A DNA stretch of 61,462 nucleotides, the filler included, from Platydemus manokwari (Eukaryota), in assembly GCA_037951405.1 (NCBI GenBank). It is 5 parts of 5 records of this genome, joined end to end, with 100 filler letters (N's around TTAATTAATTAA, not from the genome) between each part and the next. Parts side by side here need not be neighbours in the genome. Positions count along the whole stretch, not along the records: positions 10,221 to 26,818 come from JBBMOY011160326.1; positions 26,919 to 35,731 come from JBBMOY011345872.1; positions 35,832 to 51,578 come from JBBMOY011246985.1; 2 more parts are not named here. The stretch is one strand, 5' to 3'. Both the position numbers and the translations under genes were made by a program. The notes under the pieces were generated by a model, which worked only from the letters and a program-made list of their open reading frames with translations, was not told where the DNA came from and made no database searches. How positions within the stretch are numbered: the stretch's first letter is position 1; every line of letters begins with the position of its first letter. Shown here piece by piece: positions 26,379-39,700 of the stretch.

Positions 26379-26818
26379 TATTTTAATATATAATTTTTTT
26401 TTATTATTTTTCGATTATTAGAGAAATGAACAAATGTCTAAGAATAAATCTAATGAAAACATGATTATTAGAAAGAAATATACGAAAAGAAAATTATCAG
26501 TGAAATATTATCTACGATAATATTTCTCATTTGACATATTTCACTATGAGATATAATATTTTATGAAGACACACAATCAAGTTTTATAGTGAAAATTGTT
26601 GCCATTCAGGCAATTACGTTTGTTTTGAATTGAATGTGATTTTAATAATCTCTATATTTGTATGTCATTGTGTCATTAACTTGCAATATTATGCCATTAA
26701 TTTTAATTAATAATTTATTAATAACTCTTCAGTGCTTCTAAAATTCTGTTGATTAAACTTTATTAATAAATAAAATGTTCATTTTTTGATAGTCTAATTT
26801 ATAACGATTTTATTAATA

Positions 26819-26918
26819 NNNNNNNNNNNNNNNNNNNNNNNNNNNNNNNNNNNNNNNNNNNNTTAATTAATTAANNNNNNNNNNNNNNNNNNNNNNNNNN
26901 NNNNNNNNNNNNNNNNNN
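26819..26918. other. Artificial assembly spacer
   Basis: 44 N + TTAATTAATTAA + 44 N. Confidence 0.97.
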
Positions 26919-26947
26919 ATTAAACATCAAAAACTTCATAAAAATTT

Positions 26948-26992
26948 GGTCATACTATTCGAGGTAGTCATACTATTCAGCGATATCCGTTA
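26948..26992. mobile_element. Probable pogo-type transposon end next to the gap
   Basis: GGTCATACTATTCGAGGTAGTCATACTATTCAGCGATATCCGTTA: a duplicated subterminal motif (GTCATACTATTC twice) ending in ..CGTTA, similar to the pogo termini at 8132 and 38142/38666. Confidence 0.4.
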
Positions 26993-29900
26993 GTTTAAAA
27001 ATCACCCAAAAATGATTATTTTTAAAGTTCCCCACATTGTAAGTAAATAAGAATTATCGAGAACCGTTTCTTGAAACATTGGAACAAAATGAAAAAATAC
27101 TCTTACCTATAAAATTGAAAGTATGAAATAAAACTCACCATATTTGCAATACAAATCCAAAAATGACTTAATCGTATGATCGCACAAGTGGAACGTGAAT
27201 CATAATCGAGTCTTGGATTCGGGCTGACTATAAAATAAATAAATAAGCTTATTAGAATACAATATACTTACCATTCCGCTTATTTATCACATCCTAGAAA
27301 CTGGAAATACTACAAAAACGGTTTCAATATAATTATGTATGATCGATAATATTATAATAAATAAAAAATTAATCCACCTTATTGATTTAATAAATAATCA
27401 TTAATTGACATTACTGGTTTAATAAATAAAACATTTACTATTATCAGACAAATAATTTTGACTCACACAATGAGTCTATACCCAATATTTAAATAAATAC
27501 TTGTGCAAAACACTTGTCTTTACCACAAGGAAAAAAGGTTGTATTCAATGGAAATAAAGGTAACGGTGTAAAAAGTAATACTTTTTGTAAAATAAAAAAG
27601 TTATATAAAGTATTTTACTAAAAGATAATTTGGTAAAAAGTAATTTTACGAATTTTATTTGAAGGCACTCTACTAGAATGAGTTTCGATTGGGTATTAGC
27701 AAAATTGTGTAAGGACTGAATTCTTTTTTTATAACTGTCAATCTGGTCTTGATTCTTTTGCAAATTTGACAACGAGTATATTATATTTGTAATACAAAAG
27801 GTTCCTTTAGTACCAGAGCGATAGAATAAAATAAGAAGTCAAATAATCGACCAGTTGAATTTACTGACAGTTACAAATTTATCCTATTTTTGTTTTAATC
27901 TAAACAGGCTTAGTATTAGATTTGAGCCTTTGTTATACCAATAACTGCGAAGTAGTTATTCTAGAAATACAAAATTGAAGAAGAAAATCAAAAATTTAAA
28001 TTAAAAAAGAAAATCTTACACAAATGATGAACTAGATGGTATTTTAAAAAAGAGAAATTCAGTTAATCTTTACTAATTTATATTTTTGGGAAACTAGGTA
28101 GATGAAACCGAATCGTCCTTTCTAAGTCTTCTGAGATCGATTGTAATTTGATCAGCTATGATAAATTGGGTTACACTGATTTATTGTTAAAGCTGATATT
28201 GTTACATGATTGAGTTCATTATTAGAGATTCCCATTTAAAATCCATCTCAAATATCTAATTTTAATAATCGGTGCCACAACCCAATCAACTTTAAATTTA
28301 ATTTTTAAATTTTACTTTTACTATCGTCGATTTTTGACTTTATAAAAGCAATGAGTATGAGACACTTTCTACTATTTTTCACAAACATGCCAAACTACAG
28401 AAAATATATTGATGATTTTATTAGCTCATTAAAAATCTAACTAAAAAGGAAAACCAATTAAATACAAGCAATGATTCATCTCATATTCAAATTTATCGGA
28501 GAGTGGTGTCTGTCATTTGTTATCATTAGGCACACAATCAATCTATTTTCAGCTGTTTTCCCAGTTGTAAATATTTTGTAAATCACATGTCTTTTCACAA
28601 TAAATTTAGCCAATGAAATTTACAATAGTCAGAATGTTATTAAAAATTTTAGAAAAATTTAAATTTTTCAATGATTTTACACGAAATAGATTAAAATCAA
28701 TAAATTAAAAATAATAAATAAATTTGGTGTAGTGTGCTAATATATTCAGGAAGGAAATTGGATACCATACATTTAAAATTTTTTCTGTAAAATTATCGGT
28801 AATGGAATAAGAAAAAAGGAAATCCTTTAACCTTAATACATTTTAATTAACTTTAGAAAATTATTTAACTTTAAAAAACATATCAGATTTTTTCTATAAT
28901 TTCGTGTTATGCTTAAAATTTGTTAATATCAAAGAAATATTAATAAAAAACTTTAATAAAATTGTAATTCCATATCAACAATTACAACGAAATTGGATCG
29001 AATCAAATAAGATACCGAATTTATATTGTGGAGTAAGAACTACTTTTTGATCAACTTTTTGAGTAGCCATCCTCCAGCACTTTACGTTGTAATTAGATAT
29101 AATGGGTAAAAATGAATTGGTTTACTGTAGTATCGATTTTATAGGAACCCAATTCAAATCTGTCAACAAAACCCCCGATTGTAAAAAGATATATGTTCCC
29201 AATTAAAAATAAACTCGATAATAAAATCAATCTCGTCAATCTATCAACCGAACTTCAAATTCTTCAAATCCATCTAGGGTAGTACCATGTCAATATCAAC
29301 GATTTCAATTGCTTTGATTTGACACTAAAAATATTAAAGCCACATTGGTCAAAGATCACAGCAGAAAAAATTCTATCAAAATATTTGGAGGGACATTCGC
29401 TAAGAATCAAATCGAATAGCCACTGTAGACATATCTACTACAAATCACTTCAAGGCGACTTCGAATACAGCTTTCAAATATCAGAAATTATCAATTGCAG
29501 GAACAAAATAAGTGATCATTATGATAAATCAATCGATTTTCTGTGGAAAATTCTGGACTAGATTTTGGAAATTTTTGCGGAATACTTTGAACGGAAAACT
29601 TAATGATTGTTGTTATTTATCATTAAATATTTATAAATCATTTTTTCTTCTACATCATAAGTAAATTTATTATCCCAGGTATTTTAAAATCAATTGTTAT
29701 CAAATCCATTATGGATTTATTAACAATCATCCCATCTTCTCCGAATACAACATTGATTAATAATAATTGTTTTATTTAGTTTTTGTTACATTTTATTTCA
29801 TTTTCTAAAATAAAAATTTAATAAAACATAAACGCCCTAAGTTATATCATATCACAAATAGATAGTCATATATTATTATAATTCCATATATTCGGTTTAA

Positions 29901-30859
29901 GCTGCACTCAGTTCTCAGTTATTAAATTAAATCAAAATCCTTTAGACAATATTTGCCGATAATATAGTCATCAATTCTTGTTATCAAAGTCCTTCTCGAA
30001 TCAATAAACTAAATATCACACCAAAAAATTATTTAATAATTTTTTATGGTTAACAGTACCATGGAGATAACCAAGATTTGTTGAGTGATCATAAATATTT
30101 CATTTTATTAAGAAATGGATAAGGATCAAACTTCATAACTACTAACAGTCAGTCATAACACTCCATCTCTATATAAAACCCTCGTATATCTTAATCTGAA
30201 ACCCTTCTATAAAATCATTTTGTAAAATTTCAATACCAAACTAATTCCTTAAACTCCTGCAAAAAATCAATACATAAAGAGTAGATCTTAGATCCCGGCT
30301 CAAAAAACCAGTAGCATTAACTAATATAAATTCAATGCAATATTATGATTTTAAAACCTTGATATCCAAATTTTGTGGCTACTTCTATGTAATAAGTAAA
30401 GTTGTTATGTGAATACATTAATATATCTAGAATAAATGATATTTTCGGTAATAAAACACATTTATAATGTTAGATATTTAAAATAATAAACTGGGAAAAA
30501 TATCAAAACTAAAAATGACAAAGGAATTACAAATAAAAGACCAATTAGTTCATAAAATATTTTCACTTGTATTTGAAGAAAAAGGATTTTTAAAAAAGGT
30601 TTTCGAAAATTTTGTTTGTCCTTTCTTAATTCATTAATTATTTTTAATTCAATCTTATCGCCTCATATAATTGAGATCGAATAATTTTTAACATCGTAAT
30701 TGAAATGAGAGTGGGTAATTCTTTTGAATTATTTGGGCTGAATTTAGATTTTTATTCTATCATAGACTTTTTCCAGAGCAAGATGTTGAAATATATGTAA
30801 TTTATGTTAATGGAGGCATGTATAAAACGTAAGGAATCTTATCTCAAAATTTAGAAACA

Positions 30860-31290
30860 TCAGATTTACTATAATATTTTGCACGAGAAACTTGTGCTTT
30901 CCGAATAAATTAGTAGGCAATGATCATTTTTAAACGCTCTTTCATGGTTCAAATTCTTATCATTTTCTGATCCAAGGTTTTAAGGAAGATATGGTTTGAA
31001 CATTTACTAACTCTCCTTAGTTTTCTACTTTATTGTTTAAATAGATGTTATGACAAACGCTTTTGAAGGTCTTCAGTGCTGTTTCCTTGGTGCCAATCAA
31101 TATTGAAAAGAGACTTTGGCCTTTAATCAGCTATATTATTTCCACATAAAATTGCTTCTTTAAGTTTTACTTCATTAATAATACATTTCTCTTCCCGCTT
31201 TTGAAATCAAAGTCAATTTCAATTCGTGACTTCAACGAGTTTTCATCAGGCATAATTTAATATGAAGAGCTAACAAAAAACAAGCAGAAG
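30860..31290 (-). mobile_element. Decayed CMC/Chapaev3-like transposase fragment
   Basis: Minus strand LLALHIKLCLMK, INEVKLKEAIL, TFKSVCHNIYLNNKVEN*GELV, FP*NLG and TMKER follow, in order, the family motifs PPLHIKLGLMK, SEAKLKEGIF, FK.V..NFLGN.K.ENY.ELV and FPENLG. The family name is assigned from recall of these motifs. Confidence 0.6.
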
Positions 31291-32460
31291 ATAAATTATG
31301 TTTTGATTACTCGGAGTTAAAGAATTACTTTTTGCCTAAACTTTTACAAGAAATTTATTTTTTATATCTTCAACTTCCGACCGCAAAGTAAACAACAATG
31401 CATGTCTATCAAGAAAGCCACCACATTTAAATTTTCTGTTTATGATTTCTACACATAATTTCATGAAGATCAAGTTTGTCTATCAGATAATTCCGGTATT
31501 GTCATTATTGCATCTAGATTTTGAAAGAAACACTGTGAAACATTGATAGCATGGACTATGATGTATTTTATGTGATATTGATAATAGAATAATTCCACAA
31601 ATAGTTGTAAATGGTTCTCAGTGTATCAACGAATTCGTCGAATGTGTTGTCAGGCTTAAATTACAAAATTAATGAATTTCCGATGAGTCGAGTTTTTGGA
31701 TGTGAAACAATGCTGAATTTGGCTCGACTTCGATATTATCTAGGCTAATAATTCAGAGTCAATTGGAGATCATCTTTGGAATACATCATTGGAGAACATG
31801 AAGATTCAAGTGTATTGCGAACGATGAGATTGATGTATGTAAATATTAATTGTCGAATGTGAAATGCAGTTGCTATTCAAAGGGCAGTGAAAAATGGAGG
31901 AGTGAATTAAAAGATTTGAATCTCGATGTGGGTAGCGATTAATAAGTTCAGGAATTGCTTTAGTTCAGCTCTAAAACGCATTACTTTTTCAAAAGAATTT
32001 TATATATTATATATCAAAGATTATAATTTATATAATAATAGACAAGATTAATACCAAACCGACGCACAATTATTTGGCAAAACAACATCGTCTTTGAGCT
32101 TCATTACGAGTTTTGATTAATTTTTGTATAAAGAATTACCTTTTCGAAAAATGCTAATATAAACATAAAGATCGATCACAACAAGATATTTTTTTAAAAT
32201 ATTAAAAAGCAGTGTATTGAACAAATCAAAAATAACTCAACTAAAACGTAAATCATATATATTATATTATAAATTATGAAAAAAACATCATAAAAAGTAT
32301 CTGTAACAAATTATAGTTAAAAGATTTAGTCGAAATTCAACAATTTTAATGATCATTATCAAAATAAATATTAAATTACACTGAGCGGATAAACAAGCTA
32401 AAATTATATTAAAAAAACAGAGAGCTATTTTAAATTTATCGTTTCTGTACCCACGGCAAT

Positions 32461-34503
32461 TTATTCCTCGGAATTATTGTCTTCATCATCATTATCACAA
32501 GCTTGCAAAACATTCGTCGATTTATCTGATTCTAAATCTCGGAACTGATAATTCTCTCTCGTCATATCGACAGCCCATTGGAATTTTTGTAATTGAGTTT
32601 TGTTGTAGATTTTGTTGAGAGGAACTTGGTTTCTGAGACACCATGAAATTGAAATTCTCGGATCAAGATAATTCAATTTACTGGTGCCTAGAGCAATTTC
32701 TTTGTTTTCATTTCGATCGGTACATTGTATTTCGAGCTTAGATAACATCTCCTTAGATTTCTCCATTTTTTTCCGCAGCTTTTCATATTTATCTTTTTTT
32801 GATGCTTCCTTAGTCTTTTGATATTCGTTTTTCACTTCTTTAGCTTGTTTTTTAAGGTCTTGAATTTCTTCTTTCCGTTTATTGATTTTTTCTTGTAAAT
32901 TTTCCATTGACTTTTCAAAAGTCTTGGGAACTGCCCTTTGATGGTTACAAAGTACGGCAACAGTTCTATTGGCCCTATTATACTGAAGAAGTTTATTTGC
33001 CACTGTCTCGTCAGACTTGGTGACTATTTCGAGCTGTTCTTCTAGTGTTCTACTAGCATTGTATGTACGGAAAACTTTTGCAGTGAGGCCATCCATCAAC
33101 TCTCGAAGATATTGATTTAATGTCGATGTACTCAATCTATCAAATAATTCATCACCCTCTCCTTTGTTCTCCATAAACAATTTAAGATTTTTGAATACCT
33201 TTTTCGGAACTGATGTAGTATTTATATACCTAATGGAATCTTTACCAAGAAAATCAAGCTCCACTTGGTACTCTTTTGGTTCGACGGACGTATTTTCTTT
33301 CAACTTAACGTGTTCAACTCTCAAAGAACAGCAACCAACAGTGTCAGCTTCATCTTCGCCTTTTTCATTCCCCGCTCTTAAAGCTAATTTATCAATGAAA
33401 TAAAGAGCTACAGCTCTCTGTCTAATACGCATTTCCTTATGACCAAAATCAGAAGTGTAATCTTTCCGTATTTTGTCGACTTTTGCATGTAATCTTCTAG
33501 CGGTTTCATACTTTGTCCAATCTTTCTCACCTTTCAACCTGGATGAAGCATTCAGCATAACATACTTGAAATTATTTTGAACGTTCTCTTGCCAGCAAGC
33601 TAACCACGTAACACTAGGATCGTGTCGAACTTCTTTCCATCTATGCCCAGGTAGGGGTTTTGGTATTTTGGCATTGGCTGAACAATTTATAATTACATCT
33701 TCTGGCTTCACTCTTCTTTTGACCGAACCCATTTTTGGATGATTTCCACGACCTCTGAACAAACCTGGAGGCTCAATTTTAAAATTGCCAATTTTCTGTT
33801 TATAATTATCCATCATACAAAAACCATATTGATTTGTTATTTCCTCATTAATCAATTTGATTTTTTCCTTTTCTTCTTTTGGTAAAGCCTTTTTGTCTTC
33901 TGATAATTTCTTGAAATACTCTTGCATGGGAACGAAATTACACTTGTTCAAATCCTTTATCAACCTTTTTTCTTCTGATGTCATGACTGCGGTCCAATCT
34001 CTCATAAAATTCGAATTAAACACCTCATTTTTTGTATAATCGTGATCGTACATCTTCGCGTAAAATGTTGCAATTTCTTCGGCTTCCGGTTGCAATTTAA
34101 AAGGCTGTCCACTGTAATAAAATTTGACATGACTCGGCAATGGTTCATAATCCGGAGCAAACATTGGACCAGCATGTTCCAAAAAGCTCCATTTCTTTCC
34201 ATTGTCCAATTTCTTTTCTTTCCACCATTCCCAAACTGGTTCTTCTTCTTTTTTTTCCTTTTTTGGTGACTTTGTTTCAGATTTAATCGACGTATTAATT
34301 TTTGATGTTTTTGGTTCTTTTTTGATTTTTTTACTATCAGGTTCTATTGATTTATCGGAAGCCTTTGACAATCTCTTACGATTAGTAGCCACATCACTCA
34401 TTCTATTCATTTCGGGGTTTTTCATTCGTTTATTTGACGAGAAATCATCGTCGGAAGTGATTAATTCTTTCTTAATTTTTACACTACTACTATCTCGTTT
34501 CAT
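32461..34503 (-). CDS. TOP1: DNA topoisomerase I (type IB), single exon, 680 aa
   Basis: Uninterrupted ORF with GCCATG start context. Motifs present: WEWW..KWSFLEHAGPMF, NFKIEPPGLFRGRGNHPKMG, FIDKLALRAGNEK, FLGKDSIRY, LTAKVFRTYNAS, CNHQR, a coiled-coil linker, and GTSKLNYLDPRI with the catalytic Tyr. Confidence 0.98.
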   Translation of the reverse strand: MKRDSSSVKIKKELITSDDDFSSNKRMKNPEMNRMSDVATNRKRLSKASDKSIEPDSKKIKKEPKTSKINTSIKSETKSPKKEKKEEEPVWEWWKEKKLDNGKKWSFLEHAGPMFAPDYEPLPSHVKFYYSGQPFKLQPEAEEIATFYAKMYDHDYTKNEVFNSNFMRDWTAVMTSEEKRLIKDLNKCNFVPMQEYFKKLSEDKKALPKEEKEKIKLINEEITNQYGFCMMDNYKQKIGNFKIEPPGLFRGRGNHPKMGSVKRRVKPEDVIINCSANAKIPKPLPGHRWKEVRHDPSVTWLACWQENVQNNFKYVMLNASSRLKGEKDWTKYETARRLHAKVDKIRKDYTSDFGHKEMRIRQRAVALYFIDKLALRAGNEKGEDEADTVGCCSLRVEHVKLKENTSVEPKEYQVELDFLGKDSIRYINTTSVPKKVFKNLKLFMENKGEGDELFDRLSTSTLNQYLRELMDGLTAKVFRTYNASRTLEEQLEIVTKSDETVANKLLQYNRANRTVAVLCNHQRAVPKTFEKSMENLQEKINKRKEEIQDLKKQAKEVKNEYQKTKEASKKDKYEKLRKKMEKSKEMLSKLEIQCTDRNENKEIALGTSKLNYLDPRISISWCLRNQVPLNKIYNKTQLQKFQWAVDMTRENYQFRDLESDKSTNVLQACDNDDEDNNSEE

Positions 34504-35731
34504 GGCAAATTTCGAAATAATTAAATGGTTTAATTAATTATATTAAACAAACAAATTTTAATTTAATTTTTCGAAATGAGATTTAAAATATTCAAAACCA
34601 AATTCAATGTAAAAAGATATTTTAAAATTTTTGATATTTTATTGATTTAATTTTTATTTTAAAAAATAATAATCGTTTAATAAATCAATATTATTTTAAA
34701 AATGTAATTAATAATATTGATAATATATTTGTTATTGATTAAAAATATATTATTTAAAAATAGATTAAATTATTAAATCATTCATTTCAAATCTTTTATG
34801 TTGAAAAATTTAGTAAAAATAAATCACAAAATTTTTAAAAGTGAGATTAATTAAAAAATTCTGCAAAACATATTGAAATAATTATTCCTTATGGAGTGCA
34901 TTTAAAATGATGTTATTGATCTGATAAAATAGAGCAAAAATAATATTTTATTTAAACCGTTAGGGGGTAAACAATATATGTTTTTTTTATTTTCAGTCAG
35001 TCAATATACTGATTGATTATATTAATAATAATCAAGATTTTGACTTCGCTCGTAGAATTGATTCGATGTAAATAGATAAAATACCGTTAATATGTAATAA
35101 ACACGATTGTAATGATATCCAATGGATATTGAATACAAGCACAATCATGTTTCATTGCCTATAAGGACATTTTGAGTTACTCAAGCCTTAACTCACTTTT
35201 ACATAATTTCGATTTAGGTGCGCGATAATTTATGAGACAAGATTAAAATAGACAGTTAGAAATTCTTCGCCATTCCGGTAATATAAAAATGAAATCAAAG
35301 CTGATTTTTATTATTTATGCGATACTGTTATCCTGGTTTTGCAATTTTTTTAAATATTATTTAAGTGCATTTTAATAAATTATGAAAAAAATTATTTTTA
35401 ATAAAATTTTTGTAATTTTTTTAGTTTATCATCTATCTTCGTTTAAAAACAAATCAGAAATACGACGAATTTCTTTTCTGATATAAACACAAGGAAGTCA
35501 TCAATATAATACCAAAAATAGGTTACTGACCTCGTAAATGATTGCTATGGACGGTCGTATTTTTAATCGTATTTAATTTTGGTATTGCAGTTAAGAAAAC
35601 TTTTATATAATAATTAAATAATTCACGAAAATATAATTTAATCTTTTATAGATTTTTAGAATAGATTCGATATTTGGTACTTGAGGGATATCATCTCTCT
35701 CTCACTGACTCACTCCCTATCAGTCTCTGTC

Positions 35732-35831
35732 NNNNNNNNNNNNNNNNNNNNNNNNNNNNNNNNNNNNNNNNNNNNTTAATTAATTAANNNNNNNNNNNNN
35801 NNNNNNNNNNNNNNNNNNNNNNNNNNNNNNN
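35732..35831. other. Artificial assembly spacer
   Basis: 44 N + TTAATTAATTAA + 44 N. Confidence 0.97.
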
Positions 35832-36709
35832 TTACTATGCAAAATGTACTTTAAATAAATAAATATTTTTCAAAAAAAAACCGAAATTTTAAGGTTATAC
35901 ACCTAATATATACAGTCAATCTATTTAAAATGGATATTGACGGAAAACAATTTTGTCTAAGAGATATGCGAGAACTAATGGTGCACGAATCTGATCATTT
36001 CTAAATAAATGGTCAATTCCGTTTGAAAAGAACAACTACAAATATTGGATTATAAAAAAAAATAATTTTAATGTGCATTATAAATACCCGATTCCAAGAC
36101 ACAATTGTAGTGCTGAAATTATTAAAATGCGGTAGGGCTGATTGCTATTTCGATAAAGCTGAATTTGAATAATTTTAGAAGTTTTATTTCGTTCGAAATA
36201 TTACTTATTTGGTTGAGTATTTATCCTTTGTCTTAGTTTTCAAAATTTTCCCTGTCATTTTACCATACTCAAATAATAAAAAATTATAAATAAATTAAAA
36301 ATTTTACTATAAATATTAATTTCGGGGAAAGTAAATAGGAAGTTAAAATTTGAAATTGACAAGTTTAACTAAAGTGGGAGACCTGTTGCCAAAATAAAGT
36401 GATAATTTATCTTTAAATCTAATCATTTTTACTAAACCTCACCATAAATTTTCATTTTAATAGAACCATACATACAATTAGATGAGTAGGTCACAGCACC
36501 CTTTAATTCTTTTGTTAAATCATTTTAAAAAAATCAATTATATTATAAAAATCAATTATAAGTGCACTTATAGATTTATCAAAAAGTGCAAGGAATCAGC
36601 AAAGTATATATTACAAAGAAAAATTGGTTTAAAACACTTTATTATTTATTTTCGTTTGATTATTAAAAAAATCATATTAATCGACAACTGAATTTACAAA
36701 TTTGAAAAA

Positions 36710-39700
36710 TCAAATTATTAAATCAAGAAGTATTTGACCGAAACTTTTCCCCTGAAATTATTAAAGAAATTTAATACGAAAACATTAAATATAAAATATT
36801 ACTTGAGGATCGATTCTCAACGAAGAAATTCCTCCCCCACCCAATGAATTTTTCAAAACAAAATTTAACGCTTTGATTCCTGGAAGTTCGTACCTGAAAA
36901 GAATGAATGAACATAATGAGTAAATTAAAAATTATATTAAATATGAAACACACTGCCAAAAGATTTTTAAACAGTTAAAAATTCAACACAATTAAAATTA
37001 ATTTTTGGTTATGGAACAAGAAAGAAGACAGAATTTACAAAATGACTTTTCATACTCCAGAAAACCGTTGTCAAGATTGTGAAGAAAATTTAAAAATTAA
37101 GATGAACAAATCGCATACGGATTCCATGCAATGGACAAATATGAGAAAGAGTATTTTAACGCTAGAACAGAATTACTGGCTATATTTATGTCAGAATTTC
37201 AACCATCACACTTAGAACGGATCACAAAGCAATTATATTTATGTTAAAAAAAATCTAATAACACCACAATTTCAGACATGGTTTAATTATCTAAACAGTT
37301 TAGACATAAACAGGGCATTTAGAAAGGGTGTTAATCACGGAAATGCAGATGATTGACCAAACATGAGAATCAAAGCAAAGTAAAAATGAAAACCAAATAG
37401 CCTATAATTAAAGAAAAAAAGAATGGCAAATAAACAATTAAGAAATATAAATGTTTAAAAACTGATTAGGAAAAAATGAAATGACAAAAGGGTACAAAAT
37501 TCAAATAAACTCACAAATTTTTGTGCCAAAATTATATGATAAATAATAAATAATTTCGACATGAAAGATTTAGTAATGGAAACTAGAGATGTTATTAGTA
37601 AATGTGAAAGTGTTAACGAGCTCTACGAAAGAAAAATCAAAATTTTTACTAGCAAGGGAACCGCTCGAGAATATATATGTGGTTCTCAGAAAGAATCGGT
37701 TAGAAGAGAAAAATATATACGGTAGGCATTATAGATCAATTTAGCATTTATGCCATTTATTCCAATAAGTAAACAAAAATAAGAAATAGAAAAGAATGAT
37801 ACAGAATAAATGGGTTTTAAATACGGTGTATCAAAAGAAATACATGTGGACAATGATAAATGCTTTGAATCGCAAGATAATCAAAGAGGTGTCTTTTAGA
37901 ATGGGGAAAAATGTAATATATTCCAATACTAATCGCTGGAAATCGGATGGATTAATCGAACGATAATTTAGAACGACAAGAGTTTATACAAATGCGGCAA
38001 TGAAAGATAAGTAACACACAGGTTGGATTTTTATAATACGAGACATTGAATACACAGTGAATGCTATGGTAAATTAGCCGCCACTTACACATGTTTGGAA
38101 AAGTGACAGACCTAAAGAGTCAATTAAAAACCTGGAAATTACCATAGATTACGTGTATTAAGACCCACCTTTTTTGCAAAAAAAATTTAGTCTAAAATCC
38201 AAGGGGGTCTTAAAAGGTGTAGTCAGAAAGTTGGTTTGCTGGATCAACCATTAATGTAATTAGCTAGTATTCTGCAGTTATTCAGTTGCTTTATGATACT
38301 ACACAACAAATAGATATTTCAGCTAACAAATTTGTGTGCAATTTTTTGATTCCTATAAAATGGCTGAAAGGCGAAATTCCTATATTGCAAGATACAAGCT
38401 AAAAGTGATTGAATTTGCCAAAATTGGCTCTGAGGATGATGCTATTTTTGCCCAAAGTGATTCCTCAGACACAGATAATGAGGAAATTGACGAATTAGCT
38501 ACAAAACTGGTTAATCAACACGTGGAAACAGAAGATATGTTTGAGAGTGAAGAAGAATTTCATGGTTTCTATGACGAATAAAGTAATTTAGGTTTTTCTA
38601 AAATTTTTGATCTAAAAATGAGGGAGCTCTTCATAGATGTAGGATCTTAATACGCATAAATTACGGTAATACATTTCATTGGATAATGAGCTACAGGAAC
38701 ACAGATATAGTGCATATCATTTAGATAGCACCTTCATAGATCCTAATATTGACACTCTTTAAATAATACATCCCACAAAAAGAACTTAATTATATCTCCC
38801 ATTGCACACAAAAAAGCCATTATAAATTTGAAGATAATTTTTGAACATTGACAGTCTCAGCCATTTCAATTAATGTTTTAACATTTTGCTAATCGAGTAT
38901 AAAGTCGTATGGTAAATTATCGATTACTACTTCACTTGCAAAAGAAGTAATTATTATGATTTTCTTAATATTTATTTAATTACAACACTCAATACAATTT
39001 TTTAAACAAAGTATAATTCCTTTCCTAGAGAGATTCCATTTTCAATCTTAATCAGGTATGGATAAAAATATTTAAATAATTTTCTAATTATTTTATTTTA
39101 AACTATAAATTTTAAAACACTATTTGTTATTTTTAAAATTTATTATCTTAAACTGTAATTAAAATTTTTTATTAAATTTTTTATTTAATATAATTTTTTT
39201 AAAAACATTATTTAAAATTATTATTATTTAATTTAAATTAATACTTACATTTCCGATAAACGATTTTTGAAAATGGATAACCTTTTGAAGTCAGAAATTG
39301 TAGCATTAAATACAAACACGAATTAAGATTTCGTTAATATTTTCTGATATTTTTTAAATGCCAATTTCAGTAACAGAAGGTTATGATATTAACAGTTGCT
39401 CTATTGTTCTGAATGCTTAATTATATTTTTACTGAGGTAAAGCAATAATCCCAAACATAGTATTTACCATATCATGGAAATATCTTTGATTCATTTACCT
39501 TTAAAATCGAGAACAAATCACAATGAAAATGAGAAAAGATGAAATTTAAAAACATTATGAATAGTATGGTATTGTTTATCATGTACTTTTCACGGCCTTT
39601 ATTGAAAATTTCGAAGGGAAAAATTTAGGGATCAATTTACAATAAATAAAAATTTACCTTTCGATATTTCCACACCAATTATCACTACGAAAAACATGAC

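Noticed and set aside
29319-29561. 80-aa ORF as a gene
   Set aside because: TTG start, no recognisable motif or splice context; it may be a decayed repeat.
33164-34537. Four plus-strand ORFs and one alternative-frame ORF overlapping TOP1
   Set aside because: Shadow ORFs of the TOP1 coding sequence with no independent motifs.
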